The notes: a model not told the origin generated them from the letters alone. DNA of 64,000 nt from an uncultured delta proteobacterium (GCA_963810935.1 CAWEPK010000010.1:64001-128000); one strand, 5' to 3'. Positions 21,829 through 31,657 are shown, counted from the stretch's first letter. Numbers and translations: made by a program.

Positions 21829-22713
21829 ATGAGGATAGGCTGCTTTACTCTGAACGATCCCGTACCGGAGCTTAACGAGCCCTACGTAATGGCGTGCCTC
21901 CGTCCATGGATAGACGTCAACAGCGTAGGGAGCCTCGTGATAGGCGAGTTGGAGACACGGCTGGGCGCCACGGAGATGGGGGCACTGACCAGGCCCGGCC
22001 GGTTCTATGATTTCACGCGGTACCGCCCGATCATCCACCTCGAGGACGGCATCCGCGATTTCTCCATCCCCAACACACCGGTCCACTACGCAAAAAGAGA
22101 GGGGCTCAACGATGTCGTCCTGCTTCGACTCCTTGAGCCGCATGCCGAGTCAGAGCTATACATTGAGTCCATCCTGAAGCTCTTCAAAGCCATAGGGGCA
22201 AAGAAATACATACTTCTGGGAAGCATGCACGACATGGTGCCGCACACGAGGCCCCTGCTGGTCAGCGGGTACGGCATGGGGAAGGACGCGCGCAAGGACG
22301 TGAAAAAAGCGGGCGCCCTGCCGGTCATCCATCACGGCCCGTCGACCATCGTCAACCTCGTGACGCAAAAGGCAGCGCAGGTAGGCATAGAGACGGTTTC
22401 GTTCATCGTCTCCCTGCCCCAGTATGTCGCGCTTGAAGAAGACTACGTGGGAAAAGTAAGACTCATGGAAGTGCTCAATTTTCTATATGATATTCCCGTC
22501 GACAGGGAGGACTTCGAAAAAGCACTTGAGCAGCGAAGGCTCGTCAGTCAAAGGGTCGATGACACCCCGGCGGTAAAGGCCCTCCTGCCCGAGCTGGAAA
22601 AAGCCTACGACCTGCGCGTCAAAACAGCCGGTACGGCCGGGACCTCCCAGATGACGTCCGAAATGGAAGAAATCTTCTGGAGTATCTTGGGGAAAGACAT
22701 AGGCAAAGCATAG
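21829..22713 (+). CDS. PAC2 (proteasome assembly chaperone) family protein
   Basis: PWIDVNSVG, FYDFTRYRP, LEPH, VPHTRP, LPQY motifs. Confidence 0.75.
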   Translation: MRIGCFTLNDPVPELNEPYVMACLRPWIDVNSVGSLVIGELETRLGATEMGALTRPGRFYDFTRYRPIIHLEDGIRDFSIPNTPVHYAKREGLNDVVLLRLLEPHAESELYIESILKLFKAIGAKKYILLGSMHDMVPHTRPLLVSGYGMGKDARKDVKKAGALPVIHHGPSTIVNLVTQKAAQVGIETVSFIVSLPQYVALEEDYVGKVRLMEVLNFLYDIPVDREDFEKALEQRRLVSQRVDDTPAVKALLPELEKAYDLRVKTAGTAGTSQMTSEMEEIFWSILGKDIGKA

Positions 22714-22990
22714 CCGGCATCACCCTATCATCTGCCTGCCCAGATCGAACGCCCGCAGGTTCACCTCGGCCTTCTCCGCTCAATGTGTTTTTCGAACAGC
22801 CGGTCCCGCTGGCCGGCTTGCGGCGGGAAGGGCCGGCACCGAGTACTCTTCGGCCGGACGGTCTTTCAGGAGAGCCGTTTTCTGTTGAAATGGCACACCG
22901 GCCGTGATAATGAATGTAAGACGGAGCTGCTTGAGGTGCGTTCAGGCCGGGCGGCCAGGGGGCAATTCCAGGGATGCAAGAGGAGGCGTT

Positions 22991-24826
22991 ATGAAACGAA
23001 GAGCGATTTGTTTGTTTGTAAGCATAGTCATGCTCGGTTTTTTCATCGGTACCTTTCACATCCGCGCTGCACTCGCGGAAGTAACCATCGAGGTCCTCAA
23101 TCCGAGGGGCGAAGTAGATCCGGCCCCCATTATTGCCCCATCCGCCAGGGTCCCCGACCTCGTGGGAAAGAAAGTGGGCGTTTACTGGAACAACAAAGCA
23201 GGGGGAGAGCATTTCTGGGATGTAATCGAGGCAGAGCTGAAAGTTAAGATGCCGGCCTTGAAGATCGTCCGCTACAACGGCGGCTTCGAGCCAAGCGACG
23301 CGCAGATTGCAGCTATGACAAAGGAGGTGGACGCCTTTTTCTACGGCGTCGGCGATTGAGGCTCCTGCACTTGGGCCGGCGTGTCCGGATCCGTGAGGAT
23401 CGATAAAACAGGAAAACCCGTAATATACGTAGTTACCGACAATTTCATCCACGATGCCAAATCGGCCGCCGAGGATACGGGGATGCCCCGCTTGCGGATG
23501 ATCACCGTCCCGGCGGATGAATACTATAAGAGGCGTTACAGCCTGGAGGATATCAAACCGGTCGCACTGGCCGCGATTAACGGATTGATAGACGGCCTCA
23601 CGCGGCCTTTGACCGCCGAAGAGGCGAGCACGAAGCCGAAACAGGCGCAAGCTGCGGGCACGATAAAATTTACGGCCGCGACATATGCGGAAGCCCTCGA
23701 GAAATTCAACCAGGAATTCCTCGATAACCACTGGGGCAGCGGCCTTCCGCTCGTGCCTCCGACGGCCGAGCGCGTAAAATGGATGCTCGCGGGGACTACG
23801 CGCTCCCCGAACGAAGTCATCGGGACCGTCGAGCCGAAGAGAGGTAAGGCGACGATAGAGAAGATCGCGATCAATGCAGTCATGGCCGGGGCAAAACCTG
23901 AGTACCTGCCCGTGATCATCGCCGCGATGGAGGGATTGACCGACAAGAATTACGACCTGCTCCACGTCATGGCATCGACCGGCTCGTTCACGCTCCAGGT
24001 CGTCGTCGATGGGCCGATCGCGGAAGAGATAGGCATGAACTCCGGGATCGGCCTTCTCGGGTATGGCTTCCGGGCGAACAATGCGATAGGCTACGCCTTG
24101 CGGCTCTGTCTTATTAATACGGGTCTGCTTTGGCCCGCAGTGAACGACATGGCCCTCGTCGGAAGGCCTTCCTCCCATACGTTCTACGTCTTCGCGGAGA
24201 ACCAGCGGAACAATCCATGGGGGCCCTATCACGTTTCGGAAGGCTATAAAAAGGAAGAGAGCTGCGTGACCGTAATGACGGTAGGCAGCTACAGCGCCTC
24301 GTCTGCCGGGCTGGTCGCCTTCGGCGGCGGAGCGGTCTTTCCGTGGACCCCGCAGCAGCTACTCGACAACATGGTGAAAACCATTATGGTAGGGCGCAAC
24401 ATGGACACCGTCTGGAAGCTGGGCACGGCCATACCTGCCCCCCAGAAGCACTTCCTCGTGCTCCACCCCGAATTCGTCATGGAGCTTGACCGCCTCGGCT
24501 ATACACGGAAGAAGATGCAGCAATACCTTTACGGCCGGAGCCGCGTGCCTTATGAAGAGCTGAGCGCCAAGGAGGTGGCGGCCTTCAAACGCAGGCTTGC
24601 CGATAAGGAGATACCGGCCGACCGGGTGGCCGTCTTTGAGGAGTCGCTCAAGGCGGGAGGAAAAGTGCCCATGCTCCTCAGGCCGGAGGATTGCGTTATC
24701 TTCGTGGCGGGCGGCATACCGGGTTACTCCTTCGGTGATTCCTATTTCTCGATACCGCCGCACGGAACTGCCGCGTTTATGACCAGAACGATCCACGGCG
24801 CGGCCCTGACAAAGGCAGGCAAATAA
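22991..24826 (+). CDS. UGSC-motif selenoprotein with signal peptide, fused to its GLPxVPPT partner domain (611 aa, Sec123 at TGA 23357-23359)
   Basis: AGGAGG RBS; ORFs 22904-23359 and 23381-24826 are in the same frame, reading GVGD-TGA-GSCTW; downstream HWGSGLPLVPPTAERV...EKIAINAVMAG domain; hairpin 3' of the UGA. Confidence 0.85.
23373..23392 (+). promoter_or_regulatory. Putative bacterial SECIS hairpin (UGSC gene)
   Basis: GGG-CCGG-(CGTGT)-CCGG-A-TCC, starting 13 nt after the UGA, G in the second loop position. Confidence 0.55.
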
Positions 24827-24837
24827 AGCACCGGAGG

Positions 24838-25323
24838 GTGATATTGGGACCCGCAGGCGGCCGCGGAAAACTTCTTTGGCCGACGGCCGCGCTTTTCCTC
24901 TTTTCCTTGCTCTTGTTGCCGGCCCTTCGCGCATCGACCGAAGGGGCGCCCGGCTACACCGGCTGGAAAAAATGTGAGGCATGCCATTCGAAAATAGCCG
25001 CGGAATGGAAAACAACGAGACATGCGGACGCATTCGAGCACCTGAAGAAAACGGGGCAGGAGGAGTTGCCGAATTGCGTCCGCTGCCACAGTACGGGATA
25101 TGACCGGGCGGGCGGTTTTATCGACGCCGAGATTACGCCGGGACTTGCAGGGGTCCAGTGCGAGGCATGCCATGGACCGGGCAGGCAGCACGCGGTTGCT
25201 CCGGCTAAAGAGAGCATCGCCGGCGCACCGGGAATAGAGACGTGCAGGCGGTGCCACACTCCGGGTCAGGACCCGGGGTTTGACTACGGGCGGAAAGTGA
25301 AGGGAGTCCATCGGGTGCGGTAG
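24838..25323 (+). CDS. Periplasmic tetraheme cytochrome c (c554-like)
   Basis: Four CxxCH motifs (CEACH, CVRCH, CEACH, CRRCH), W-x-x-T-x-H-A, GVQCEACHGPG; hydrophobic signal segment. Confidence 0.88.
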   Translation: MILGPAGGRGKLLWPTAALFLFSLLLLPALRASTEGAPGYTGWKKCEACHSKIAAEWKTTRHADAFEHLKKTGQEELPNCVRCHSTGYDRAGGFIDAEITPGLAGVQCEACHGPGRQHAVAPAKESIAGAPGIETCRRCHTPGQDPGFDYGRKVKGVHRVR

Positions 25324-25376
25324 CGGCCCTCGGTCCAAAACCGGCTCCGAGCAATTAACAAAGGAGGACGCATCGA

Positions 25377-26132
25377 ATGATGCAGGGCAAAAAACGCATA
25401 ATGATGCTTCCGGTCGTATCGCTCCTCGCCCTCCTTGCGGCAACCGCATTTATAGCGGCGGATGCGGCAGGGGCGGCGGGCATCAGGGTCACGCCGGACC
25501 GGACCGACGCCGGCACGGTAGACGAAGGGGTAATGTTAAACACCGCCTTTACTGTCGAGAATACGGGTAATGTGCCCCTGACGATTACGAACGTTCGCAC
25601 TAACTGAGCCTGCACAACCGGTGTGCTTGGCAAGCACACGCTAAAGCCGGGAGAAAAAACCGCGCTCAAGGTCGTATTCGACACGGCGGGCAACCCCGGG
25701 CCTTTCCGCAAGACGGCGACACTCACGACGGACGTCCCCGGACAGGAGGAGGTGGAAGTCGCCGTGACCGGGATGGTCAGGGAGGCGCCGGCCGCGAAGA
25801 TACGGGTAGAGCCGCGAAGGATAAGGCCGGTCCCGGCGGGGTCTCAAGGCGGGATGAAAGGGGAATTTACAATATTCAATAATGGGAGCCTGCCCCTCGT
25901 CATAGGGCGGGTTCATTCCAAAGAAAGCGCCAGGGTCTATTTCGACAGTAAAAAGGAAGGCAGCATTGTCGTCGAGCCGGGAGGCGCGAGAAAAATAGAG
26001 ATAGTTCTGGGCGAGGACAAACAGGCGGACCGGGCCGGGCAGGAGCTTGTCGCTATCGAGTCGAACGCGAGGAACGCGCCGCAAACCGGTTATGTTATAA
26101 TTATCGAGCATGGCGATCCTTCTAAGAAATAG
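25377..26132 (+). CDS. Exported DUF1573/Ig-like protein, putative selenoprotein (251 aa, Sec77 at TGA 25605-25607)
   Basis: AAGGAGG RBS; ORFs 25377-25607 and 25623-26132 are in frame, reading FTVENTGNVPLTITNVRTN-TGA-ACTTG...LKPGEK, matching the DUF1573 N-G--PL-I--V--SCGCT...I-PG pattern with U in place of the first Cys. Confidence 0.8.
25621..25639 (+). promoter_or_regulatory. Putative bacterial SECIS hairpin (DUF1573 gene)
   Basis: Perfect 8-bp stem GTGTGCTT-(GGC)-AAGCACAC starting 13 nt after the UGA, G-first loop. Confidence 0.65.
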
Positions 26133-26148
26133 GGCAAGGAGGAAAAAA

Positions 26149-26562
26149 ATGGTCAAGACCGCATCCCTGCTTTCCGTCATTATGGTGCTTGCGCTGCTCT
26201 ACGGTGTCACGGGCCGGGCGGCGGCCCAGGAAGAGGTCCCGCGCATCACCATCGAGGAACTGAAAGGCATAATGGACCGAAAAACGGATGTGGTGATCCT
26301 CGATACCCAGCCGAAGGCCCTCTATGACAAAGAGCATATCAAGGGGGCCATATCCTTCCCGTGGAAGCGGAAAATTGCGGCGCAGGACGTACAAAGCCTG
26401 CCCCGCGACAAGCTCATTGTCACGTATTGCGACTGCGGGCCGGGGGAATCAGACTCGGCCGGTGTCGCCTCCCAGTTGCTATCCTTCGGTTTCAGCGACG
26501 TAAAGGTGCTGAAAGACCCGTCGATACGGGGATGGAAAAAGGCCGGCTATCCTGTGGAGTAG
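26149..26562 (+). CDS. Exported rhodanese-like domain protein with YCDC motif
   Basis: AAGGAGG RBS, signal peptide, VPRITIEELK, HIKGAISFP, IVTYCDCG, GWKKAGYPVE. Confidence 0.85.
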   Translation: MVKTASLLSVIMVLALLYGVTGRAAAQEEVPRITIEELKGIMDRKTDVVILDTQPKALYDKEHIKGAISFPWKRKIAAQDVQSLPRDKLIVTYCDCGPGESDSAGVASQLLSFGFSDVKVLKDPSIRGWKKAGYPVE

Positions 26563-26592
26563 CCCCCCCGAGCCGGTCGCTTGCGGCTTTTA

Positions 26593-26620
26593 TTGACAGG
26601 ACCTCGAAGAACGATGTAAT
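26593..26620 (+). promoter_or_regulatory. Putative sigma70 promoter for purL
   Basis: TTGACA (26593-26598), 16 nt spacer, TGTAAT. Confidence 0.5.
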
Positions 26621-26805
26621 CTTGATACTACCACTGCTTGCCAGTGACCATGCACATACATCGGATTGGCTATATTCCCTTTTCAAGCGAAACAACCGAC
26701 TGCAAAATTATGCCGACAGCCGGCCGGGTGCGCCGCCGCAAGCAGGCCCACGCCTGTGACGGAGGAACCGACCCCGCGACAAAACAGTGAAAGGTTGAGG
26801 AACCA

Positions 26806-29800
26806 ATGCTACACTTTTTCCTGCAAAAAGATAAAAGCCTGGAATACTGCTTCAACGTCGAGACTTCGGGCGAGCTGGATGCGAACGAGCTTTCCATCCT
26901 GCAACACCTGCTGGCCGACGGTTTCGTAGCCCGGACCATATCGACGCGGCCCGAAGGCGGCGATGGCGGCAAAGTTGTCGAGCTAGGCCCGCGAATGAAC
27001 TTCGCCACCGCCTACTCGACAAATATCGTCGCCATATGCCAGACCATCGGGCTCGAAAAGGTCTCCCGCATAGAACGCTCAAGGAGATACGCGGTCGCCG
27101 CCGGTGCTGACGCGGAAGAGTTCGTCCGGGAACACTATGACCGGATGACCGAGTGCCCATATAACGAGCCGCTGCAAACGTTCGAGACCGGGGCAAAGCC
27201 GGAGCCCGTCTTCAATGTCCCTTTGACGGTGAAAGGCGTCAGCGCCTTCCTCGACGTGCCGGGCCTTGCCATGGACGACTGGGACAAGAACCTCTATTAC
27301 AACTACTTCGTAAAGGAAGAAGGCCGGGACCCGACCATAGTTGAGATAAGGGACCTGGACAACGCCAACAGCGAGCACTCAAGGCACGGCTACTTCAGGG
27401 GAAAACAGGTGATCGACGGCGCCCCCATGCCCGAAACGCTCATGGAGATAGTCAAATCGACTCTGAAGGCCAACCCGTCGAACAGCATCATAGCCTTCAA
27501 AGACAACTCGAGCGGGATCATGGGATACGACTGCTGGACGATCCTGCCCGAGCAGCCGGGCAAACCCGCGCCTTTCGGGAAAAAGAAGGTTACGTACCAT
27601 ATTATTTTTACGGCCGAGACGCACAACTTCCCGACGGGTGTCGCACCCTTCCCCGGCGCGGAAACGGGCACGGGCGGGAGGATCCGCGACGTCCAGGCAA
27701 CGGGTAAAGGCGGGCTGGTCCTGGCCGGCACTGCCGGCTATTGCACGGGCAACCTGCTCATCCCCGGATACGAGCTTCCCTGGGAAGACCCCGGCCTCGC
27801 CTATCCCTCGAACCTCGCCCCTTCCCTGGATATGGAGATAGAGGCAAGCAACGGCGCGAGCGATTACGGGAACAAGTTCGGCGAGCCGGTCGTGGCGGGC
27901 TTCACCCGGTCTTTCGACCAGAAGCTCCCCGGCGGAGAACGGTGGGGATGGGTCAAAAAAGTCATGTTCACTGGCGGCCTGGGCCAGATCGATGGCAGGC
28001 ACGTCGAGAAGGATGAAGCCGAGAAAGGGATGCTCATCGTACAGATAGGCGGTCCCGCGTACGGAATAGGCGTCGGCGGAGGCTCGGCCTCAAGCAAGCT
28101 CCAGGGCGAGAACGAGGCGGAGCTTGATTTTAACGCAGTGCAACGCGGCGACGCGGAGATGGAACAGAAGATGAACCGCGTCATTCGGGCCTGCATCGAG
28201 ATGGGTGATAATAACCCGATCGTGAGCATCCACGACCAGGGGGCGGGCGGCCCTGCCAACGTCCTCAAGGAGCTCGTCGAGAAATCGGGCGGCAAAATCG
28301 AGCTGCGGCGGATCAAGCTGGGGGACCCTACTCTCCCCGTACTCAAGATATGGATAGCGGAATACCAGGAGCGTTGCGGCGTTCTCATCACCCCCGAGCG
28401 GATCGAAGATTTCAAAAACATATGCGACAGGGAAAAGGTGACGTGCGAGTTACTGGGGGAAGTCACGGGCGACGGCCGCTTCGTGGTACACGACGAGAGC
28501 GACAACAGCACGCCTGTTAACCTCAACCTGGGCAAGGTCCTGGGCGACATGCCTCAGAAGACATTCAACGACCGCAGACTCCCTTCCTCGCTCGAGCCCG
28601 TGCAGCTTCCGGACAAGCTGTCCGTAGACCAGGCCCTTTCCCGCGTGCTCCGCGACCTCGCGGTCGGCTCCAAGCGGTTCCTCACCAACAAAGTGGACCG
28701 CAGCGTTACAGGCCTGATCGCGCGGCAGCAGTGCTGCGGTCCGCTCCAATTAGCAGTCGCCGACGTCGCCGTTTTGGCCCAGAGCCATTTCGGCCTTACG
28801 GGGGCGGCAACGTCTATCGGCGAGCAGCCGATCAAAATGCTGGTAGACGCGAAAGCCGGCGCGCGGATGGCGGTCGGCGAGGCGCTTACGAATATCGTGT
28901 GGGCCGGGATCGACGGCCTGTCCTCCGTCAAGTGCTCCGCCAACTGGATGTGGGCGCCCAAGCTGCCCGGAGAAGGGGCAGCCTTTTACGACGCAGCGTG
29001 CGCCATGCGCGATTTGATGGTCAACCTCGGCATCGCGGTCGACGGAGGCAAAGACAGCCTTTCAATGGCAACCATGGTAGGGGAAGAAGTAGTGAAGTCG
29101 CCGCGCCAGTTAGTCGTCTCCGCCTATGCGACCGTACCCGACATCACGAAAGTCGTAACACCGGACATAAAGGAAGCCGGAAAAAGCAAGCTGATCTTCA
29201 TCGATATGTCCGTGGGCAAGTGCCGGCTCGGTGCATCCGCGCTCGCGCAGGTTTACGGTCAGATGGGGGACGAATGTCCGGACGTTGACGACCCCGGCAG
29301 CCTCAAGTCCGCGTTCGACGCAATTCAGAATTTGATCTCGAAAAACCTGCTCCTTGCGGGGCACGACGTAAGCGACGGCGGCCTCATAACTACGCTTCTG
29401 GAGATGGCCTTTGCCGGGAACTGCGGCTTGAGCATAACGATGGACGGGCCGTGGACCGCACTCGAAAGGCTCTTCGCGGAAGAATTGGGGGCGGTCATCG
29501 AGTGCAGGGCCGGTGATTTCCCAGCCGTAACGGAAGCACTCGCCGCGGCCGGCGCCAAGGCATCGGTCATAGGGGAGACCGCGCAGGAGAAGAGGATCAC
29601 CGTCAGGTACAACGGCCGGGCTGTCCTCCAATCCGACATGCCTGTTCTCAGGCAGTTGTGGGAAGATACGTCCTACCAACTGGAGCGACTCCAAGTTAAC
29701 ACCGCCTGCGCCGAGATGGAAAGACGAAATATTTTCGACCGCAAGGGGCCGGACTATAAAGTCACGTTCAAGCCGGAGCCGACACCGGCCCGTCTGATGG

Positions 29801-30627
29801 AGCTTAAAGAAAAACCGAAGGTCGCCATCCTCAGGGAAGAGGGGAGCAACGGCGACCGCGAGATGACGTCGGCCTTCTTCCAGGCGGGGTTTGAGCCGTG
29901 GGACGTTTCGATGACCGACATGATCGCAGGGCGGGTCAGTCTGGAGGGTTTCAGAGGGCTGGTTGCAGTAGGCGGCTTCTCGTATGCCGACGTCCCGGAG
30001 AGCGCCAAGGGCTGGGCCGCGACTATTCGATATAACGAAAAGCTCAGGAAGATGTTCGAAGATTTTTACAAAAGGCCGGATACCTTCTCCTTGGGCGTCT
30101 GCAACGGCTGCCAGCTTTTCGGGCTCCTCGGATTGGTGCCCTGGCTTGGCATCCCCGACGACAGGCAGCCGCGCTTTATCCGGAATGTGTCGGGACGTTT
30201 CGAGTCACGCTGGGTGACCGTCAGGATCACGGAGAGCCCGGCTATCATGTTCAGGGAAATGGCAGGCTCGGACTTGGGCGTCTGGGTGGCCCACGGCGAA
30301 GGCAAGCTGCTGTTCCCGGACAAATCCCTTCTGGACGAGGTCGTCCGCAAGAAGCTCGTCTCCGTTGTCTTTATCGACGATGAAGGCAAGGTGGACGGCA
30401 GTGAGGTTTCACAAAGCTACCCGTTCAACCCGAACGGCTCACCTTACGGCATTACCGGACTTTGCACGGAAGACGGGCGCCACCTGGCGATGATGCCTCA
30501 CCCGGAGCGGACGTTCCTCAAGTGGCAATGGGCGTGGATGCCCGGCGACATGGAGCGCTCGCTGGAGGCGTCGCCGTGGATCAGGATGTTCCAGAACGCA
30601 AGGGCCTGGTGCGACGAGGTCAAGTAA
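26806..30627 (+). CDS. purL: Phosphoribosylformylglycinamidine synthase, large single-chain form
   Basis: NSEHSRH, AETHNFPT, GAETGTGGRIRD, HDQGAGG, DGGKDSLSM, glutaminase GVCNGCQ and MMPHPER. Confidence 0.96.
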   Translation: MLHFFLQKDKSLEYCFNVETSGELDANELSILQHLLADGFVARTISTRPEGGDGGKVVELGPRMNFATAYSTNIVAICQTIGLEKVSRIERSRRYAVAAGADAEEFVREHYDRMTECPYNEPLQTFETGAKPEPVFNVPLTVKGVSAFLDVPGLAMDDWDKNLYYNYFVKEEGRDPTIVEIRDLDNANSEHSRHGYFRGKQVIDGAPMPETLMEIVKSTLKANPSNSIIAFKDNSSGIMGYDCWTILPEQPGKPAPFGKKKVTYHIIFTAETHNFPTGVAPFPGAETGTGGRIRDVQATGKGGLVLAGTAGYCTGNLLIPGYELPWEDPGLAYPSNLAPSLDMEIEASNGASDYGNKFGEPVVAGFTRSFDQKLPGGERWGWVKKVMFTGGLGQIDGRHVEKDEAEKGMLIVQIGGPAYGIGVGGGSASSKLQGENEAELDFNAVQRGDAEMEQKMNRVIRACIEMGDNNPIVSIHDQGAGGPANVLKELVEKSGGKIELRRIKLGDPTLPVLKIWIAEYQERCGVLITPERIEDFKNICDREKVTCELLGEVTGDGRFVVHDESDNSTPVNLNLGKVLGDMPQKTFNDRRLPSSLEPVQLPDKLSVDQALSRVLRDLAVGSKRFLTNKVDRSVTGLIARQQCCGPLQLAVADVAVLAQSHFGLTGAATSIGEQPIKMLVDAKAGARMAVGEALTNIVWAGIDGLSSVKCSANWMWAPKLPGEGAAFYDAACAMRDLMVNLGIAVDGGKDSLSMATMVGEEVVKSPRQLVVSAYATVPDITKVVTPDIKEAGKSKLIFIDMSVGKCRLGASALAQVYGQMGDECPDVDDPGSLKSAFDAIQNLISKNLLLAGHDVSDGGLITTLLEMAFAGNCGLSITMDGPWTALERLFAEELGAVIECRAGDFPAVTEALAAAGAKASVIGETAQEKRITVRYNGRAVLQSDMPVLRQLWEDTSYQLERLQVNTACAEMERRNIFDRKGPDYKVTFKPEPTPARLMELKEKPKVAILREEGSNGDREMTSAFFQAGFEPWDVSMTDMIAGRVSLEGFRGLVAVGGFSYADVPESAKGWAATIRYNEKLRKMFEDFYKRPDTFSLGVCNGCQLFGLLGLVPWLGIPDDRQPRFIRNVSGRFESRWVTVRITESPAIMFREMAGSDLGVWVAHGEGKLLFPDKSLLDEVVRKKLVSVVFIDDEGKVDGSEVSQSYPFNPNGSPYGITGLCTEDGRHLAMMPHPERTFLKWQWAWMPGDMERSLEASPWIRMFQNARAWCDEVK

Positions 30628-30660
30628 GGCTTAAGCGCGGCGCGAGACGCGCGGCGCGTG

Positions 30661-31551
30661 TCATCTTATGCTTGGGGCGAAGCCGTATTTATCGATTTGC
30701 CATCCTTCGTCCGGCATTTGCACGCCGTCGATGTATACCGTCCGGCCGTCCAGGGCGACCCTGCCTTTGCCTATCAGGTCGTGCACTGCGAAAGGATATA
30801 TCCGCCAGTCCCCTTCTTCCCGTAAGGCCATCTGGATAAGCGTGCATACGTCTTTGAGCGACTCGTAAAGATTGCCGCCCTCTCTTTGCGCGGCCGTCCG
30901 GAATTCTTCGAGGGTCCGGGCGCCGGAGCGCTCGATGAGCTTCCTTATATTGCGCAGTTCGCTGTCCCACCTCGAAAACTGCAACGATTCCGACTGGACC
31001 AATATCGGCCCTCCATCATCGCTTGCATCGACGAAGAAGACGGTAGATTTTACGCTTCTTTCGCCTGCCAGGAGCGCCTTGGCCGTGGGTATCCACCCCA
31101 GGCCCGCGTACTTCCTTGCATCCCCCGGATGGACGTTCAGGATTTTGGGGAAGTATTTGCCCGGCATCCAATCGCCTATCCACAGGTCGTAACCGGCCAG
31201 GCATATCACGTCCGGCGGACCGGAAAGGGTCTGCTCTACAAGCGTCATGATCGCCATATCGTACGCGTTTCTCTCTACGCCGTACCTCGGGACTTTCTGG
31301 AGCCCCCACATCTGCCGGAAGTAGATAGCAGAATCGAGCGCCGCCACCGGGGCGCCGTTCTTCCTTGCCTTCCCGGCGCCGGAGCAGCCGGGTGCGTTGG
31401 TGAAGACGACATGGTGTATTCCCGGGTCTCTCTCGTATATCCTTTCGTAGTTGGTGCCGGAGCCCGATACTCCACAGGCGTACACCATCGGTTTTGATGC
31501 CGGATCGTAAATCAACGTTGCCGCCATTGTTCGCACCTGCCTCGGAAACAT
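30661..31551 (-). CDS. PurN-like folate-dependent formyltransferase
   Basis: SGSGTN, CLAGY, ILNVHPGD, D-GPIL motifs; convergent with purL. Confidence 0.75.
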   Translation of the reverse strand: MFPRQVRTMAATLIYDPASKPMVYACGVSGSGTNYERIYERDPGIHHVVFTNAPGCSGAGKARKNGAPVAALDSAIYFRQMWGLQKVPRYGVERNAYDMAIMTLVEQTLSGPPDVICLAGYDLWIGDWMPGKYFPKILNVHPGDARKYAGLGWIPTAKALLAGERSVKSTVFFVDASDDGGPILVQSESLQFSRWDSELRNIRKLIERSGARTLEEFRTAAQREGGNLYESLKDVCTLIQMALREEGDWRIYPFAVHDLIGKGRVALDGRTVYIDGVQMPDEGWQIDKYGFAPSIR

Positions 31552-31657
31552 TATGCCGCGTGTGCCTATTTGATAACAAAAAGGGCGCTGTCTGTCAAGG
31601 CGGAAGGCCGAGGAGATAATGCCTTTGAAGTAAATCCGCCTGCTAACGGCGGTATCG

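Noticed and set aside
22991..26132. Genome-wide UGA reassignment (Trp or Gly) as the cause of the in-frame TGAs
   Set aside because: TGA is the normal stop of fbp, ahbD, ackA and xfp here; read-through is seen only at Cys-type motifs with downstream hairpins.
26690..26790. ZTP or purine riboswitch before purL
   Set aside because: The consensus core elements could not be matched by eye.
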